Both the position numbers and the translations under genes were made by a program. A stretch of 55,423 nucleotides of DNA from Thermoanaerobaculia bacterium (GTDB lineage Bacteria > Acidobacteriota > Thermoanaerobaculia > Multivoradales > UBA5704), in assembly GCA_036521795.1 (NCBI GenBank), contig DATDGZ010000306.1, forward strand, positions 1 to 55,423, given 5' to 3'. The notes under the pieces were generated by a model. It was not told the DNA's origin, did no database searches, and saw only the letters and a program-made list of their open reading frames with translations. Every line of letters starts with the position of its first letter. Positions within the stretch are counted from its first letter, which is position 1. This document shows positions 52,674 through 55,423 of this stretch, piece by piece.

Positions 52674-54188
52674 TCAGCGCCGGCGCATCTCCCGCGCCAG
52701 GAGATAGCCGTCATGGCGCGGCTGCCAGACGAGGTCGTCGCGTGCGCCGAAGAGGCTCCAGGGCACGTAGAGGGGGATGAGGGCGTAGTCCTGCATCAAC
52801 AGGTGCATGCAGTGCTCGAGCTGGGCGCGGCGGGCGAGCATGTCGAGCGTCGAGCCGCTCTCCTCGATCAGCGCGTCGAGCGCGGCGTTGTGGTAGTCGC
52901 CGAAGTTGCCATCGCCGTATCCTCGGGCCGCGTCGCGGCTGTGAACCATGGCGTCGAACAGGTCGCTGGCGTCGGCCGAGGGAGCGAGGATGGCGCCGAG
53001 GTAGAACTCGACGCGGTGAGCGAGGAGGCGCGGATAGAGCTCGGCCCACGGCCGCTCGACGAGACGCAGCCGGATGCCGGCCTCCGCCAGCTGGCGCCGG
53101 ATCTCCGTCGCCTGGCGGCCGGGGCGGAACTCGAGGTCGAGATCGATGCCGCCGGGATAGCCTGCCTGCGCCAGCAGGCGCCTGGCGGCGGCGAGGTCGC
53201 GCGGCGGCGGCCCGATGTCGGGGGCGTAGCCGAAGACGCTGCGGCCGACCATCTGGCCGACGGGGTGACCCTCGCCGCGCAGGATCGCCGCGACCAGGAC
53301 GGGACGGTCGAGCGCCAGGTGGATGGCGCGGCGCACCCGGACGTCGGAGAGCGGCGGCCGCTGGGTCTTGAGCTGCAGGAAGACGACCGTCAGGCTCTCC
53401 TGCTCCAGCACCCGGCAGTGCGGCGTGGCGCGGATACGCTGGAAGTTCTCCGCTCCGGGCTCCTGGATGAGGTCGAGGTCGCCGCCAAGCAGCCGCTCGA
53501 CGCGCGCGCGCTGGCTCGCGACCGGCAAGAAGTCCACCTGGCTGACGGCGGACGCTCCGCCCCAGTAACCGTCGAACGAGCGCAACGCGAGGCGCACGCC
53601 CGGCTGGTAGGAGACCAGCCGATAGGGCCCCGTGCCCACCGGTTGGCGGATCTCGGGCGGTGAGCCGGCGGGCACGATGAGCACGAACGCGAGCTTGTTG
53701 AGCAGGATGGCGTACGGGCGGCGGGTGGTGAGCTCGACGGTGTGGCGGTCGCGGGCGCGCACCTGGTCGACCGCCACCACGTAGCTGCCGAAGCCGCTCG
53801 CGGGGAGGGTGCGCGCGCGCTCGATGCTCCAGACGACGTCGGCGGCGGTCAGCTCGCGGCCGTCGTGGAAGCGCACGCCGGGGCGCAGGTGGAAGACCCA
53901 GGTCAGATCGTTCGGGTTCTCCCACGAGGCGGCCAGCGCCGGGCCGATGCGCATCTCGGCGTCGAAGGCGGTCAGGCCCTCGTAGAGGTTGCGCATCACC
54001 GAGTAGGTCAGCGCCTCGTTGCGCAGGTGCGGGTCGAGCGTCAGCGGATCGCTGTGCAGCGCGATGCGCAGCGGGCGGGCCGGCGCCGGCGCCGGCCGGG
54101 AGCAGCCAGCGGCGCCGGCCAGCAGGCACGCGAGGGAGGCGAGAGCGCCGGCGCGGCGCCGCGCGAGCGCGGATGAGAGGATCTCCAC
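52674..54188 (-). CDS. Family-5 ABC substrate-binding lipoprotein, paralogue of 47583..49100
   Basis: Lipobox LLAGAAGC. LRIALHSDPLTLDPHL, YEGLTAFD and PALAASWENPNDLTWVFHLRPGVRFHDGREL run parallel to the other SBP block by block. Confidence 0.82.
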   Translation of the reverse strand: MEILSSALARRRAGALASLACLLAGAAGCSRPAPAPARPLRIALHSDPLTLDPHLRNEALTYSVMRNLYEGLTAFDAEMRIGPALAASWENPNDLTWVFHLRPGVRFHDGRELTAADVVWSIERARTLPASGFGSYVVAVDQVRARDRHTVELTTRRPYAILLNKLAFVLIVPAGSPPEIRQPVGTGPYRLVSYQPGVRLALRSFDGYWGGASAVSQVDFLPVASQRARVERLLGGDLDLIQEPGAENFQRIRATPHCRVLEQESLTVVFLQLKTQRPPLSDVRVRRAIHLALDRPVLVAAILRGEGHPVGQMVGRSVFGYAPDIGPPPRDLAAARRLLAQAGYPGGIDLDLEFRPGRQATEIRRQLAEAGIRLRLVERPWAELYPRLLAHRVEFYLGAILAPSADASDLFDAMVHSRDAARGYGDGNFGDYHNAALDALIEESGSTLDMLARRAQLEHCMHLLMQDYALIPLYVPWSLFGARDDLVWQPRHDGYLLAREMRRR

Positions 54189-54337
54189 GGCGTATTCCCC
54201 CTCCGAGGCCGGATCGCTGGGCTTGAACGGCGGAAGTCTAGCACCGGCCGCTCAAGGCCGTGGTTCGGGCTGCCGGCCGGCTGGCGCGGTACCGCTGGAG
54301 CGGACCCCGACGTCTCCCCCCCGCCAAGAGGTTCCTC

Positions 54338-55423
54338 CTAGGAGCGCTGCTTGTCGCCGGCGGGCGGGGCTTCTCGGCGGCGCCGGATGGCGGCGCGGGC
54401 CTGGTCGAGGAGGGCTTGGGCGGCGGGATGGCCGGGCACCAGCTCGAGCGCCCGCACCAGCTTGCGGATGGCGTCCTCGTGATCGTCGACCTGCATCAGT
54501 AGGCGGGCGTCGCGCAGCAACCCTTCGGCGGGGCCGGCGGGGCTGGTGGGGCCGGAGAGGTTGGCGCGATCGGCGCGATCGGTGCGGCGGCGGTCGGCCT
54601 GGCGGGCCAGGGCGGTGTCGGCTTCGGCGATCTGGGTGCGCAGGTCGGGCGCCTTGTCCGCCAGTGCGCGCGCCTCCTCGAGCGCGCCGCGCGCCCCGCC
54701 CAGGTCACCGGCCGCGGCCAGCCGCTCGGTCCGCGACAGGATCTCCACGACGTGCTGCGCGACCGCCTGCCGCTTGTGTTGCTCGAGGCGCTCCCACTGC
54801 TCGCGCAGGGTGGGCGCGGCGCCGAAGCGCTCGACCGCCCAGTCGAGCAGCTTGGAGGCCTCGTCGAGCTCGTCGCGCTCGAGCTTGGCGCTCACCGCGG
54901 CGACGGTCTGCGCCAGCTTCTCGGCGCGGCGGCGCTCCCTCTCCCGCTGCGCGGTGGCGACGTCGAGCTCCTCGGCGAGCTCTTGCACGGCCGGGTTCTC
55001 GGGCTCGAGGCGCCGCGCCGACGCGACCGTCTCGAGGGCCTGGTCGAGCTCGCCGTTGGCCCACAGCAGGCGGGCGCTCATCAGCAGCGCCCCGACCTCG
55101 GCGAGCCGCACCTCGGCGCGCAACGCGGCGAGCCGGTCCTGCAGCTGCGGCCAGGCCTCGGCTTCGCCGAGCTCGGCGGCGGCAGCGGCGAGCAGGGTGG
55201 CACCGCCGTCGAGATCGCCGCGGTCGAGCCGCTTGCCGATCTCGGCCGCCTTGCGCGCGATCTGCGCCGCCCGGCGCCGCTCCTCGGAGCGGCGGCGCGA
55301 GGCCTCGTCGATCTGCTCGCGCAGCTCCCGCACGTCCGGGCTGGCGGGCGCGAGGCGCTCGGCGCGCCGCAGCAGCTTGCCGGCTTCTTTCAGGTTCTCG
55401 CTCGCGGCGAGCGCGCGCGCATC
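54338..55423 (-). CDS. Helical-repeat (TPR-like/coiled-coil) protein, 5' end outside window
   Basis: The minus-strand frame stays open to the window edge (DARALAASENLKEAGKLLRRAERLAPASPDVRELREQIDEA...). It has repeated modules of the type LD.A..LL..A..L.P..P, and the C-terminus is Arg-rich. Confidence 0.6.
   Translation of the reverse strand, partial: DARALAASENLKEAGKLLRRAERLAPASPDVRELREQIDEASRRRSEERRRAAQIARKAAEIGKRLDRGDLDGGATLLAAAAAELGEAEAWPQLQDRLAALRAEVRLAEVGALLMSARLLWANGELDQALETVASARRLEPENPAVQELAEELDVATAQRERERRRAEKLAQTVAAVSAKLERDELDEASKLLDWAVERFGAAPTLREQWERLEQHKRQAVAQHVVEILSRTERLAAAGDLGGARGALEEARALADKAPDLRTQIAEADTALARQADRRRTDRADRANLSGPTSPAGPAEGLLRDARLLMQVDDHEDAIRKLVRALELVPGHPAAQALLDQARAAIRRRREAPPAGDKQRS

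Overview
This is a 55.4-kb window of very G+C-rich bacterial DNA, about 70% G+C on the sample lines I counted by hand. The PadR regulator next to a duplicated FtsX-type 'ADOP' permease suggests an Acidobacteria-like host, but that is inference only. All calls rest on reading the six-frame track and the DNA; no database search was possible. Most long ORFs antisense to the genes below are high-GC artefacts.

Gene content, left to right:
- TonB-C protein (5' end cut off), phosphoketolase, and a GT-C-like membrane protein.
- A 1452-aa secreted C25 (gingipain-type) peptidase and a secreted fibre protein capped by a phage-type S74 chaperone domain.
- A complete form-I aerobic CO-dehydrogenase cluster: xdhC-like, mocA, an xdhC-YHS fusion, coxD, coxE, coxG, coxM, coxS, coxL. 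CoxL carries the AYRCSFR signature.
- An orphan membrane protein, then PadR plus the ADOP permease.
- A low-G+C island with two ORFans next to a decayed IS5/IS1182-type transposase.
- A threonine/serine dehydratase-like enzyme and a DPP-IV-type S9 peptidase.
- An orphan ABC/OLD-type ATPase divergent from an HTH gene, a zinc-finger/TPR protein, and a small secreted peptide.
- A Znu/Tro-type metal ABC transporter.
- An AbiEii-like nucleotidyltransferase translationally coupled to a small downstream gene.
- A B12-binding radical SAM enzyme, vapBC, and a Ser/Thr kinase with TPR repeats.
- A tightly coupled family-5 SBP / histidine kinase / response regulator / GGDEF-EAL operon, with a second paralogous SBP convergent on it.
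- A partial helical-repeat protein at the right edge.

No rRNA, tRNA or CRISPR array was seen.

Most worth following up:
- the low-G+C two-ORFan island;
- the orphan ATPase locus;
- the XdhC-YHS fusion in the Mo-Cu CODH maturation module;
- the reversed, coupled nucleotidyltransferase pair;
- a palindromic repeat family with three copies, one carrying a nested 31-bp inverted repeat;
- the SBP-coupled c-di-GMP signalling operon.

Coordinate caveat: start codons I chose inside track ORFs were checked for frame against the track. Around 40.6-41.2 kb my manual base count differed from the track by 1 nt, so I used coordinates consistent with the track frame.
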